From: Guillardia theta CCMP2712
Taxonomy: Eukaryota; Protista; Cryptophyta
Reading direction: 5' to 3'
Length of the DNA: 64,000 nucleotides
NCBI RefSeq assembly: GCF_000315625.1
Contig: NW_005434639.1
Span: forward strand, 354,613 to 418,612
Part shown: one piece after another, positions 40,973 through 53,700 of the stretch
Numbering within the stretch: the stretch's first letter is position 1
Layout of the letters: each line of letters opens with the position of its first letter
Notes under the pieces: generated by a model
Databases searched by the model: none
The model's input: the letters and a program-made list of their open reading frames with translations, nothing else
What the model was told of the DNA's origin: nothing
Program-made: the position numbers and the translations under genes

Positions 40973-42522
40973 TGAGCAAGCTTTACCCGGACGAGCAGTT
41001 GTCGCAGAGTAGAATACGATGCTCATCGTGCCCTCCACCACAGACTTCGCAGACAATGTCGTCAATGGTGCTGTCAGAGTTTGACAGCAGTCGGGAAGGA
41101 GCTTGAGGAGAAAAGAGCGACATCTGCACAGCTGAGCCTCAGACACGCTGAAGAGCCAAGAGGATTTTGAGGTCACGAAAGGTGAAGGAGCAGGAGAGAA
41201 CAAGGCAGGAGCAGGTAGTGAGGACCTTGATCTTGACGGAGTCTGAGAAGCATTTGCAAGGTTTGGATCGCTGACCGAAGGGGACCCACCTGCTCTAACG
41301 TCACAGCACAGCGACCACGAGGCGCAGCCTTCCTCTCCGAGCCAAAGTTCACGGCCTCTGCACAGTTGAGGCCAGCATTGAAACCGCTGCGAGGAGTGAG
41401 GAGCTGCGACGCGAGCGACGGAAGAGGAGAAAGAGGAGAGAGACCTGTGGTAGGCGTAGGGGAAGGAGATCACAAACTCTCGGGCGTGCTGGACGGCGCG
41501 AGTGAGGTTGATGCCGGCAGCAAGGAGAAGCGAAGGGTGCATGACGCAACTCTTGTGCCGCAGAAACTGACTGCATACTCGAGCTTGATCCGGAAAGATG
41601 CTGGAGGCCAAGCGCTCGAGCTTCTCGCCCTCCGAGTGAGGGACTGCATACCTGCCAACGACATCAAGAGCAGATGACGGCAAGCAAAAGAGAAACGGGC
41701 AGGACGAGGAGAGACGGGAAGAGAATAGAATGAAGAGGAGAGAAATGCGGGAGAAGCAGCAGGAACGAGGAGATGGAGGTGAGCGATGGCGAGTATGAGG
41801 ATAGAATCATGAACGCGAGAGGCAAGAGAGGTGAAAGGAGGAAGAGTCTGGGAGCACCAGATCTTATCGGCGCCGTAATGGAGGTAGTTGATGCTGTAAA
41901 GGTCCATGTCCTCCACGTGCCAAGCAAAACTAGCGCGCCACATCCCCATGTACAGATAGGGTGAGGTCACTCCGGGGATCGTGGACCGCAAGCGTCGCCG
42001 CAGGAGGGAGTCAAGTCTGCTGAGGTTCCAGGCCCCCGCGCAGGCTTCAAACAGCGTGCTTGAGTAGTTGTCACTGCCGTATACGGGAGCCTTCCCCGCA
42101 AACCCCTGCCAGTATCTCCGCTCCACCTCCCAAGCCTCCTCCTCCTCCTCCTCCTCCTCCTCCTCCTCCTCCTTCCATCGTTGGCTCTGCAGCAACCTGA
42201 GGCCAGTAAGGGGCGGGCGGTTTTCGTCTTTGCTCGCCATCCTGGTGTATTCGGCGATCGTACAGGCTCGCTGAGTTATGTTCATGAGTGCATACGCGCC
42301 TGCCCGGCCGGCCGCCTCTTGTCGAACAGGAGCATGCAGCACAAGATCGTCGGCATGGGAGTAGGAAGCCTCTCTGGCCTTCCATGAGGAAGGAGGGATC
42401 ACCTTGCAGATGCCAAACGGCTCAGCTTCCTCTTGGATCTTAAGCACGTAGCCTTCGAAGTCCTCAAACTCTTGTGCTGTTGGGTAGAAGACTGGACACT
42501 TGTGAACGCCTTTCCTCTGCAT
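38699..42522 (-). CDS. JmjN/JmjC histone demethylase (KDM4-like) with PHD/ADD-type zinc fingers and a Tudor-knot-like domain
   Basis: JmjN CPVFYPTAQEFEDF...GICKVIPP; JmjC PGVTSPYLYMGMWRASFAWHVEDMDLYSINYLHYG, FLRHK, VISFPYAYH; CSTCPRSFCRSCL...WRCPIC; HFKGWRSGSDEWVP; WQCPVCTGSCGC. Confidence 0.85.
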
Positions 42523-42839
42523 TGCAACCGAGAAAGGCAAAGAACTGAAAACAGTACAATCAGAACAAAACCACCACCTCTCTTTGCTCGTCCAATTCAT
42601 TCTTCTCTTTCTTCCCTCATCAACCTCAACCCTCTTCACGAGCCTCATTCTCATCAACTTGACACATGTCATATCAACCATGAAGCCAGCATGTGCATCT
42701 TTCGTCTGCAAACATTTGTTTACTCAACTGGAAGAAGCAATCAAAGTAATCCGCCTCAGAGAGAGCCCTTGAGAACGGAGGAGGCAACGAAAACTGCTAC
42801 TGGGCCCAGTACACAAACTTTGAGGAGAGTTTTACTCGC

Positions 42840-45800
42840 TTGTCGAGTCGCCCGAGGAGTCTTCGCCGGAGGTCTCGGACTCCGATGGGGGTCGTCGGCT
42901 CCACTCTGGATGTTTCCTCTCAGTGCACTGAGGGTGCTGCTGAGGAGGACTGGATGCGTCACCTCAGCCTGAGTCAGTCGAGCGGTACCGGCGACGGTGC
43001 CGCTTTTCCGGAGCGGCCCCGTCGCCTGAACGGCGGTCTTGCTTGTTGCTGCTTTCTTCTGCTTGAGGCACTTTTTACCTCATAAAACTCCGAATCCCTG
43101 CTTGAGGCACTTTTTACAAGCAGCCGAAGGGTCAAGCAATCAAGCAACAAGCTGGCAGCAGGAGCATGCAGGAGGAATAAAATCCCAGGTTTTGCTAGAG
43201 GCACTTTTTACCTTCTGCCAGTAAATCTCCAGCCTCTTAGACGCAATGGTCATTCGAGACGTCCGCTGCCGCCACAAAGCTGGCGTTCGCGGACGGAGAG
43301 AAAGGGCAGCCGCCGACAAGGAGCCGGCGTTGCCCGGGGGTCCGCCTGGGGCAGCGGACGGAGGGAGGCTGGAAACAGGAACACGGTGCATAGGATTTAC
43401 TGGCAGAAGGTAAAAAGTGACTCCAGCAAAATAAAGCAGGAACAAGCTGAACCGGCAGGCACACAGTCCACAGCGAGAAGCTGCACACGGTAGTCCTCCT
43501 CGCTAGCCTCCGAGTCAGCGGCAGCCGAGACCAACACCGCCCGTGACGGCGGCGATGCCAGAGAGTGGGGCAAGCAACGAGCACCGTTGTGAGAATACGG
43601 ATTTACTGGCAGAAGAGAGGTTACGGATTTACTGGCAGAAGGTAAAAAGTTCCTCAAGCAAAAGAGAGTCGTCTTGATCAAGTGGGGGGAGGTCAACCTC
43701 GACGCCCTCCATGTTGCAGCGTTGGACTTCGAAGATTCGCAAACATCGCGCTGCATATGCCATGACTACTCCTCCTCGAGCGTTCATCCCTCTTGCCCTC
43801 TCGACGGACGGTACTCTGCTTCCTCCCCGGCATCGGTCGGGTCACGCCGGTGCTGCCTCCGGGTATCGCGTCTAAGGGATTTTATTCCTCCTGCATGCTC
43901 CTGCTGCTTGTTGCTTGATTGCTTGACCCTTAGGCTGCTTGTCTGCGCGGCTTCGCGCTTGGGCTGGCGCTGCCGCGTCTGGGTGCCAGCAGTGCTGGTT
44001 GTTTTCGGGCTTGTGTTTTGTGTGTGATTGTGCAGCTTCTCGCTGTGGACTGTGTGCCTGCCGGTTCAGCTTGTTCCTGCTTTATTTTGCTTGAGGCACT
44101 TTTTACCTTCTGCCAGTAAATCCATTGATCTCCTTCTGCCAGTAAATCCATTGAGCTCCTCCATGGACTTTGTCGAGTCGCCCGAGGAGTCTTCACCGGA
44201 AAGCCGACGCGCCCACTGTGACGTCGGATGCCTCCGGAGAGCTCGACACCACTGGGGTGCTTGCTGCTGGTCCGAGCTCGCCTGCCTCCGATGCCGCACA
44301 GCCCGGTCCCTGCCTGTGTGCCCGGAGGTTTAGCTTGTTCCTGCTTTGTTTTGCTTGAGGCACTTTTTTTTTTTTTACCTTCTGTACTATGTGGGGGGAG
44401 GTCAACCTCGACGCCCTCCATGTTGCAGCGTCTGAGAAGATTCGCAAACATCGCGCTGCATATGCTATGACTACTCCTCCTCGAGCGTTCATCCCTCTTG
44501 CCATCTCGACGGACGGTACCCTGCATCCTGACACCCTCCGCTTCATCGGGTATCTCGCGGACATCATTGCTCAGCGCTCGATGCCTCTTGAGGATGCGGC
44601 GTTTGGTCGGCACTTCGTGCCTGATGACGGCCCTGCTGCTGAGGTCCTGGCTCGCAAACGCGCCGCCACCTATCAGCGCCTCACTATGCAGCTGACGCTG
44701 GAGGCGCTCTTGTCTGGTGCGAGGCGCATGACGCCCTTGCGGGCGCAAGCACTTCTCGAGCCAGAGGACAGCTCCTCCTCGGACTTTGTCGAGTCGCCCG
44801 AGGGGGGTCTCCGACTCCGATGGGGGAAACCTATCAGCGCCTCACCATGCAGCTGACGCTGGAAGCGCTCTTGTCTGGTGCGAGGCGCATGACGCCCTTG
44901 CGGGCGCAAGCACTTCTCGAGCCAGAGGACAGCTCCTCCTCGGACTTTGTCGAGTCGCCCGAGGAGTCTTCGCCGGAGGTCTCCGACTCCGATGGGGGAA
45001 ACCCTTCGAGTGGCCCCGACGATCGGCGCGGAGCTGGCGAGGCGTCTCCGTCCCTCACTGTTACGTCGGGTGCCTCCGGAGAGCTCGACACCACTGGGGT
45101 GCTTGCTGCCCCAGGCGGACCCCCGGGCAGCTCCGGCTCCTTGTCGGCGGCTGCCCTTTCTCCGTCCGCGGCCGCCCGCTTTGTGGCGGCAGCGGACGTC
45201 TCGACTGACAGTGGTCAGTCGGCTGCCTCCGGGTATCGCGTCTAAGGGATTTTATTCCTCCTGCATGCTCCTGCTGCTTGTTGCTTGATTGCTTGACCCT
45301 TAGGCTGCTTGTCTGCGCGGCTTCGCGCTTGTGTCGGCGGCTGCCCTTTCTCCGTCCGCGGCCGCCCGCTTTGTGGCGGCAGCGGACGTCTCGACTGACA
45401 GTGGTCAGTCGGCTGCGTCTAAGGGATTTTATTCCTCCTGCATGCTCCTGCTGCTTGTTGCTTGATTGCTTGACCCTTAGGCTGCTTGTCTGCGCGGCTT
45501 CCGTCCAGCGGTCATCCCTTTTGACGGTGCAGCGGACGTTCCATGACTATGGTCACTCGGCGGCTACCGGGTATCGCGTCTGACAGAACTCTCGTCGACT
45601 CGTCTCATGAGCACTTCATTCCTCCGCCTGCGCAGCGAAATGTGACCCCTCTTGTCTGCGCCGCTTCGCGCTTGGGCTGGCGCTGCCGCGTCTGGGTGCC
45701 AGCAGTGCTGGTTATTTTCGGGCTTGTGTTTTGTGTGTGATTGTGCAGCTTCTCGCTGTGGACTGTGTGCCTGCCGGTTCAGCAGTCTGCTTTGTTTTGC

Positions 45801-47146
45801 TTGAGGCACTTTTTACCTTCTGCCAGTAAATCCTATACTATGGGGAAACACGTCGAGTGGCGCCGACGATCGGCGCGGAGCTGGCGAGGCGTCTCCGTCC
45901 CTCACTGTGACGACGGGTGCCTCCGGAGAGCTCGACACCACTGGGGTGCTGGGCCGAGCTCGCCTGCTTCCTCCCCGGCATCGGTCGGGTCACGCCGGTC
46001 CTTGGGCATTGCTGCGGCGTCGCCGCCGTCACGGGCGGCTACCGCTGACTCGGCTACCGCTGACTCGGAGGCTAGCGAGGAGGACTACCTCGAGCGGTAC
46101 CGTGTTCATGTGTCCAGCCTCCCTCCGTCCGCTGCCCCAGGCGGACCCCCGGGCAACGCCGGCTCCTTGTCGGCGGCTGCCCTTTCTCCGTCCGCGGCCG
46201 CCCGCTTTGTGGCGGCAGCGGACGTCTCGACTGACAGTGGTCAGTCGGCTGCCTCCGGGTATCGCGTCTAAGGGATTTTATTCCTCCTGCATGCTCCTGC
46301 TGCTTGTTGCTTGATTGCTTGACCCTTCGGCTGCTTGTCTGCGCGGCTTCGCGCTTGGGCTGGCGCTGCCGCGTCTGGGTGCCAGCAGTGCTGGTTGTTT
46401 TCGGGCTTGTGTTTTGTGTGTGATTGTGCAGCTTCTCGCTGTGCGCTGTGTGTGCCAGGAGGTTTAGCTTGTTCCTGCTTTATTTTGCTTGAGGCACTTT
46501 TTACCTTCTGCCAGTAAATCCACTACTACTAGACGCGATACCCGGAGGCCGCCGACTGACCACTGTCAGTCGAGACGTCCGCTGCCGCCACAAAGCGATG
46601 ACGCTCTGAAGACCAGCTTCGTTGAGCATTGATCGAATAGTGCGAGTAAGGTTGTGCACGCAGGCTTAGCTTGTTCCTGCTTTGTTTTGCTTGAGGCACT
46701 TTTTACCTTCTTGTTCCTGCTTTGTTTGGCTTGAGGCACTTTTTACCTTCTGCCAGTAAATCCTCTCCAGTACCTTCTGCCAGTAAATCTTCCAGACTGT
46801 CATGCGCCGTGGGAAGCTTGGAGGATCGACGCTTGCAGGTCTGGAGATGATGCGCAGCAACGGAAGGATCGAGCTCGCGCTGACATACATCACATTGCGT
46901 CGGACACTGGCAGATCAGCATGCCATGAAGATGAAGCATAGGATTTACTGGCAGAAGGTAAAAAGTGCCTCAAGCCAAACAAAGCAGGAACAAGAAGGTA
47001 ACCAGGCACACAGCGCACAGCGAGAAGCTGCACAAACACACACAAAACACAAGCCCGAAAAGAACCAGCACTGCTGGCAACCCGGCAGTCACGGCATCGC
47101 CAGCCCAAGCGCGAAGCCGCGCAGACAAGCAGCCTAAGGGTCAATG
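42840..47146. mobile_element. Nest of truncated, rearranged non-LTR retrotransposon copies with restriction-like endonuclease (CRE/R2-group-like)
   Basis: CCHC knuckle CDVCQRELDPSVAAHHLQTC...AHD (46790-46939, -); HNLTRTIRSMLNEAGL (about 46600-46660, -); RLE C-terminal AASEKIRKHRAAY...FIPLAISTDGTLHPDTLRFIGYLA (44420-44560, +). Repeated ORF end SGYRV* plus about 270-bp 3'UTR ending gaggcactttttaccttctgccagtaaatcc, with more than 10 full or partial copies of that end on both strands. No RT domain visible. Confidence 0.75.
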
Positions 47147-47206
47147 ATGTAGTTCAGGCTCCACCTAAAAAAAGCGGTAACTCAACACCATGACGTAATG
47201 GACCTC

Positions 47207-47242
47207 CTCGTGCTGATTTTTAACTTAACTTTGAGTAAAGGC
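47207..47242 (-). repeat. 36-bp dispersed AT-rich motif, copy 2 (inverted relative to 6875-6911)
   Basis: ctcgtgctgatttttaacttaactttgagtaaaggc. Confidence 0.75.
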
Positions 47243-47365
47243 CCGGACCTACCTCCGGCGGGCCGGGCCCCGGCGGGTCACTGGCTAGCTGGAAGTTCGG
47301 AATTTCTTTATTGACTGAAAAAAGTTCACTCATAAGCCGCTTATTAACTGAAAAGTTGAGGGAGA

Positions 47366-47375
47366 GTCACGTGAC
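47366..47375. promoter_or_regulatory. Palindromic GTCACGTGAC (E/G-box-like) upstream of the PKD2-like gene
   Basis: Perfect 10-bp palindrome; TCACGTGAC also occurs at 6919 upstream of MTRR. Confidence 0.35.
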
Positions 47376-47662
47376 AGGTACTTGTCTGTGAATCGAAGAG
47401 TGCCGCCGGGAAGTGCGAGGCAACCCTGTCACATTTGACTACCCCCCTATTAGGCCGCGTTTTCCTCATTGACAGGGGTAGGGTAGCAGAGACTTCTTCA
47501 CGTCCTGTGAAAGTGACGCAAGGGAAGGAGGCAGTAGCGAGGTTGATGCTGCCGCGAGGAGGGCTGATCGCCGCGATCCATGGCAAGAAAAGAAGAACAC
47601 GCGCCGAAGAGGATCACAACGTCCTGTCTCTTCTTGAGCCCCCACATGTCTACAAGGACAGG

Positions 47663-50600
47663 ATGGAGGCTGTCCAAGTTGTGCTGGAAGATGTGCAATC
47701 GCATACCATCTTCGGACCTGCTCACGGGAAGACAGACCATTCTCACAATGTGGCAGTGGATGGTCTTCTCAAAAGAGTGAAAGATAGACTTCATCGCTCC
47801 CATGCATACCTCAAATTAGCTTCCACTGCGCTCTTCTATATTTTGTTTGCAACTCTTCTGTTTACTCAGGGGAATGTAACAGATGCGTACGCCATGGAAA
47901 GTTCGATCATCAACTTGATCATAGGGCAGCTTCCCACGCTTGGAACTGGAGGATATACAAATTCGAATGTGGGAGCAGCAGGGATGCTGAAGAGTTCAAA
48001 TGATTTCTATGCATGGTTGTCAAAGGCCGTGATATCCAACGTGTTCACTGACCCAATATGTGGAGATGGTGTTTGCGATGCGCCGGATGAATACCCTGGT
48101 TTCAGTAGATTTGGCTGCGTTGCAGACTGTGGAAATTACCTTCAAGTGACCCCCATCACAATCGACCTCGAAGATGTGATCGGTACAAGTCAAACGTCCT
48201 TGGGTTGGAATGTGAAGAATACGTCTATCGCGAGTTCAGACAAAGCTGGATTCAAATTCAACATCTACAGTGAAACCATGGGAGACTTCTTGTTCGCAGA
48301 AGATCAGAATCCAACATCATCACCTTCTATATCCACTGAAGTTCCTGATGGTAAATTCACACTTGTGTTCTATCAAACCAACCAAACAAGCAAACTTGTT
48401 GATCTATCGACGTTATACAATTTCTACCCTTTTGAACAGAGGTACGAGCCAATGCTTATCTTCCTTCATTATGCACAGAGATTGATGCTTACATCAGCAC
48501 TGTTCCTGCTCGAAATACACTGAGCGACTATGAATATGGCGATCAAAGAGAATACCTTGCTTCTTCATTCCTAATCACGCAAGGAATTCAAGGCTACTGC
48601 TCCACTTTGCAAGGCAGCTCCGATTCTCGTTGCCAGAGCTTGAATACTTTGGTGACCTCATCAATTGTTTTCAACATTGATGTCCCTCACACATCGCAGA
48701 TATCTTTTGAGGCTCCTTTCTAGTTATGGGCTGAATGGAACCATCACGATTCAATCAAGTTCTTCTCAGGCCGTTCAAAATCTTGTTCAGGTTGTCTCAA
48801 TGGTGTGTAGTCACGTTCGAATGACTATGCGCTGCTAGGTTGGATTTTGCTCCGCGTTGCCTGACAGAACAGGAGGCGCGCGATCCATTCAAAACAAGTT
48901 GTACTTTCAGCGTGCAAAGGCGCAGTGCGTATCTGGGCGACGTTCATATCATAGACTTACGGCAGGAGAAGATGAGATGATTGAGAACACCGCGTTACAG
49001 TCTTTCAATGGTCATGACAAACCATCCATGCACAGCCAAGCAGCTCAAAGCAACAATCCGTCATCAGCCAGGCAAGGGCACGTAGATATAAGGAATTTCA
49101 AATCAGGTGGCAGCCCTTCCCCTGCACCTTCAAGTCCTCCCAGCCATAAGCCAATCCCTAGAAACAGAACCAATACCAATACCAGTACCAGTGCCAATAC
49201 CAATACAAGCAACAGTACAAACAAAATACCAGTACAAGCGCTAGTACAAGCACCAGTACAAGCACCAGTGCCAATACCAATTCCAGTACAAGCAAACATA
49301 CAAGCACAGGTACAAACATCAGCACAAGTTCCAGTACAAGCACCAAAAATGCCAGTATCAGTACAAGTGAGAGCAGCAATAGTAGCTCCAACACAAGTAC
49401 CAGTACCAGTACCAACACAAGTACCAGTACCAGTACCAGTACCAGTACCAGTACAAGTACCAACACAAGTACCAGTACCAGTACCAGTGCCAATACAAGC
49501 ACCAATTCCAGCACAGGTAAAACACGAGCACAATTACCAGCACAAGTACTAGTAGCAATGCTAATAATAGCAGCGCCAGCTCAAGCTCGAGCATCATTTT
49601 CACCTCCAGAACAAACAGCAGCAGCAGCGACAACACAAGCTTAAGTGCTACCAGCTATCCAAGCAGCCATACCATCACAAGTATCAGCAAGAACAACAGC
49701 AGAGGCAGCATCAGACATTCTCTCATGAATACCACTTTCAGCAGCAACACTAGCAGCAACATCAGCAGCAACATTGATACTACCAACATCAGCAGCAACA
49801 TTGATACTACCAACATCAGCAGCAACATTGATACTACCAACAGCAGCAGCAACATTGATACTACCAACAGTAGCAGCAACATTGATACTACCAACAGTAG
49901 CAGCAACATTGATACTACCAACATCAGCAGCAACATTGATACTACCAACAGCAGCAGCAACATTGATACTACCAACATCAGCAGCAACATTGATACTACC
50001 AACATCAGCAGCAACATTGATACTACCAACATCAGCAGCAACATTGATACTACCAACAGTAGCCCTAGCACAAGTAACGGCGACAGTCCAAGTCCAAGTA
50101 TCAGCATTAGTGCCAATTTCAGTACCAGCACTAATTCGAGTCATAGCAGCCATCCCAGCAGCCATCCCAGCAGCCATCCCAGCAGCTATCTGAGCGCGAG
50201 CAACAATGCCAGCACAAGTACCAACACGAACAACAGTAAGAGCAACATCAAAACTGCTTCCGTTCGTACCAACATCAGCACAAGTATCAACATTAGCAGC
50301 AATACAAGTGTTAGTGTATCTGCTGCATCAGGAGGGACGTCAGGAGGAACACAGCCTACATTCCCTTCGCACTCAGGTGGCCTGGGAGGGCTAACGACTC
50401 ATGCTAACACCAGCAGCAATATCAGCAGCAGCAGCAGCAATATCAGCAGCAGCAGCAGCAGCAGCAGCACGAATGCAAGCGCAAGTAGCTCAGGGGGCTC
50501 AGTGGGACCAGGGGGGGGAGGGAGGTCGGGACAAGGAAATGGAGGGACGCCAGGAGGGACGTCAGGAGGGACGTCAGGAGGGACGTCAGGAGGGACGTCA

Positions 50601-50728
50601 GGAGGGACGTCAGGAGGGACGTCAGGAGGGACGTCAGGAGGGACGTCAGGAGGAACACAGCCTACATTCCCTTCGCACTCAGGTGGCCTGGGAGGGCTAA
50701 CGACTCATGCCAACACCAGCAGCAATAT

Positions 50729-50772
<44 letters not shown>

Positions 50773-53700
50773 CGAATGCAAGCGCAAGGGACGTCAGGAG
50801 GGTCGTCAGGAGGGACGCCAGGAGGGACGTCAGGAGGGACGTCAGGAGGGACGTCAGGAGGGACGTCAGGAGGGTCGTCAGGAGGGACGTCAGGAGGGTC
50901 GTCAGGAGGGTCGTCAGGAGGGACGTCAGGAGGGACGTCAGGAGGGACGTCAGGAGGGACGTCAGGAGGGACGTCAGGAGGGACGTCAGGAGGGACAGGA
51001 GGTGAATGCAAGCTGGATGCTGTGAATGAAGTTCTTCCCTTCCACCTTGAAGAAGAAATCACCGGTCTCTGCAGTGTGACTTGGCACATGCCAGCATCGG
51101 AGGGGACTCTCTACGTCAGCACTTCCTCTCCAATCTTAAGCCCCTTGGGTCCTCGCGCATGCAACGACTTGAAGCGAAGCTCGCGTCCCCCCCTGCCTCT
51201 CGGCATTGGCTTCTCGACCCTCCAGGTCACCGGCGAAGGGTTTTCAAGCTTGACGACTCCAGAGGCTTTTTGCCTCTCTCTTTCTGCTGGATCAGGAGAT
51301 TCTCTGCAGAGCTTCAGCTATGCTGTCACGCCAGGCTCTGTTCTCTACTCTATCTTCAAGCTAGACACCTCTGGCTCCATGTGCGTGAGTTACAAGGAGA
51401 GTGACTGCATCTTGCCCCCTCCCGTCATCGCGCAAGTCTCTCAACTCCAAGCAGAAGCTCTTAACTTCCATTTGACCAGCAACGCCGTCACCTATGCCAA
51501 GATCAACATCTCTTCGATGTCAAACCAAGTGTCAATTGCCTACACGAGAACCCAGTTGTCATGCTCAAACGTGTCCGGTACATCCAATCCGATTGAACTC
51601 TTTGATTTGTCGGCTCCAGTTGAAAAGAATACTCCTGTTACCATTTACGCCGTGACGTGTAAGGACAACAGAACCATGAGCTCGATCGCTTCAAAGACAT
51701 TCTCTCTCTATCCTGCCCCTTACTTCTACGTCGAGATCCAAATCGCTGAATGGAGGCAGTCGTCACTTGATGCGACAGATAAGTCGAATCTTGTGAAAGC
51801 ATTGAATGAGAATGTTCCAAATCCTTCTCATACGCATGTCGGATCACATTTTACAAGCGAACCTTTGACTAGCAACAGCACCAACATTACAGGTGTTGTT
51901 ATCAACATCTCGGTCTTGGCAGGATCAAATTACCATGCGGTGGCAGCCTACAACGCCATCTCCTCCAACCAGACAGATGTCTTCAAATCGATCGAGAGGC
52001 TCACAGGTATCTCCAACCTTTCTTTCACTTTGCGCTTGTCGTCTATCACGTCGAGATTATCATTTTCTGGGAACCATGACGCATGTTCGACTCACTATGA
52101 CTGTGTGAGTGGGTCATACTGTGCCAAGAACGATTTCACCTCCTCCAACTTTCAGTGTTTGCCGTGTAGCGCATGTGTTATCGGCTCGAGAGATTCTTAC
52201 GACAACGTCTGTCCTCAAGACAAGTGTCCGAGGTCCGGAGGCTACCCCTCGTGTGTCAACGCAAGCAAGCTTCTTTCCAGTCTGCCGGGGGCTTGTTCGG
52301 ATCACCATGAGTTTGCGGTATGGGAGCACTCCAGCCCAAGTGAGGGGAGCCCGCAGGTGATTCCTCCCTTCACGCCCAAGGTGAGGGAACTGACGGCGTA
52401 CAACCGGCTGGTGGGTGCCATCGTCATCACGCAGACGAGGCTCAAGCAAGGGGCCTGCGTCAACCACATCCGGGACAGCGACGTGCGTCTCTTCACGTCC
52501 TCGGCAGGCTCTGACATCTCTTGTCCCCTGCTCGATCAGTATGACTCGCAGCCTTTCGGATACGACCCGACGTTCATGACCTTCAGCTCGCTGTATGACG
52601 GCAAGGTCACCCCGGACTCCTTCTACGGCTACGGCGAGCGATATAGCACACGAGAGTCGAGCGGCAAGACTGTGTACGGGTACCCCAAGGGCTTCTTCCC
52701 GCACAAGTACAATCAGAACGCACTTGACACCAACATGGACGGGATGCTGAGCAGCGAAGAGCTTGCGGCGGGAGGGAGTGAAACTTTCTTTTGAAGCCCT
52801 CCAAGTACATTGATGCTGATTCAGAGAACCTGTTCAAGCTCTACTTCGACGAACGCCTCACCCAAAAGCAAGCGTTGAAGATGATCGCATTTGCAAGAGA
52901 TGGTAAGTTCATTGACTCTCAGACAAAGGAGATCTCTGTTGAGATCGTCACGTACAATGCAGTCAAGAACATCTTTATGTACTCTGAGTTTGTCTTCGCG
53001 TGGGAATCAGGAGGGAACATTCCATGGAATTACAAGATCAAGACCATACCGATGGATCGCATTCTTTACCCCTCTTACATTCAGATCGGCCTCATGCTCG
53101 CCGTCCTGGTCTTTCTCATGGTCAACTGCCTGCTGGAGCTTCGGGACATGCTGATGCACTTCAAACGGTTTGCGCTCAACGAGTACCTGGCGGATCCCTT
53201 CAACTGGCTGGATTTGCTGCACTTGTTCTTCATGTGGGGATCTGTGCTGTCATGGTTGAAGTATCGGGAAACTGCCCTGACCTTCCAGCTGCAAACTGAT
53301 TACCCAATCTTGTTCTATGGCCCCAAGTACAGTAACTCAAGCAACTCCCGCCGCTCCAACTCCTCCAACCCAAGTTCTACAAGCACAAGACAAACGCCCT
53401 TCCAAGTTCCTATCAGTGTTACAAACTTCGCGATAGCGCGCATGTTTCGCACAAACAACGCTGCTGAGTATGACTTCCTCCAACTGATCAAGGCGATGCG
53501 GGAGATCAGCGGCTGGATGGAAGAGTTTTCCTTCTTCTCGGGGGTTTCTGTTGTGCTCTTCGTGTTTCGACTGCTCAAGTCCCTCGACTTTCAGCAGCGG
53601 ATGGGAATGGTGACCAGAACCATCGCGCGGGCTGCCAGTGACCTGTGGCACTTCATGTTGCTCTTCGTCATCGTGTTCTTGGGGTATGCCATGGTCGGAG

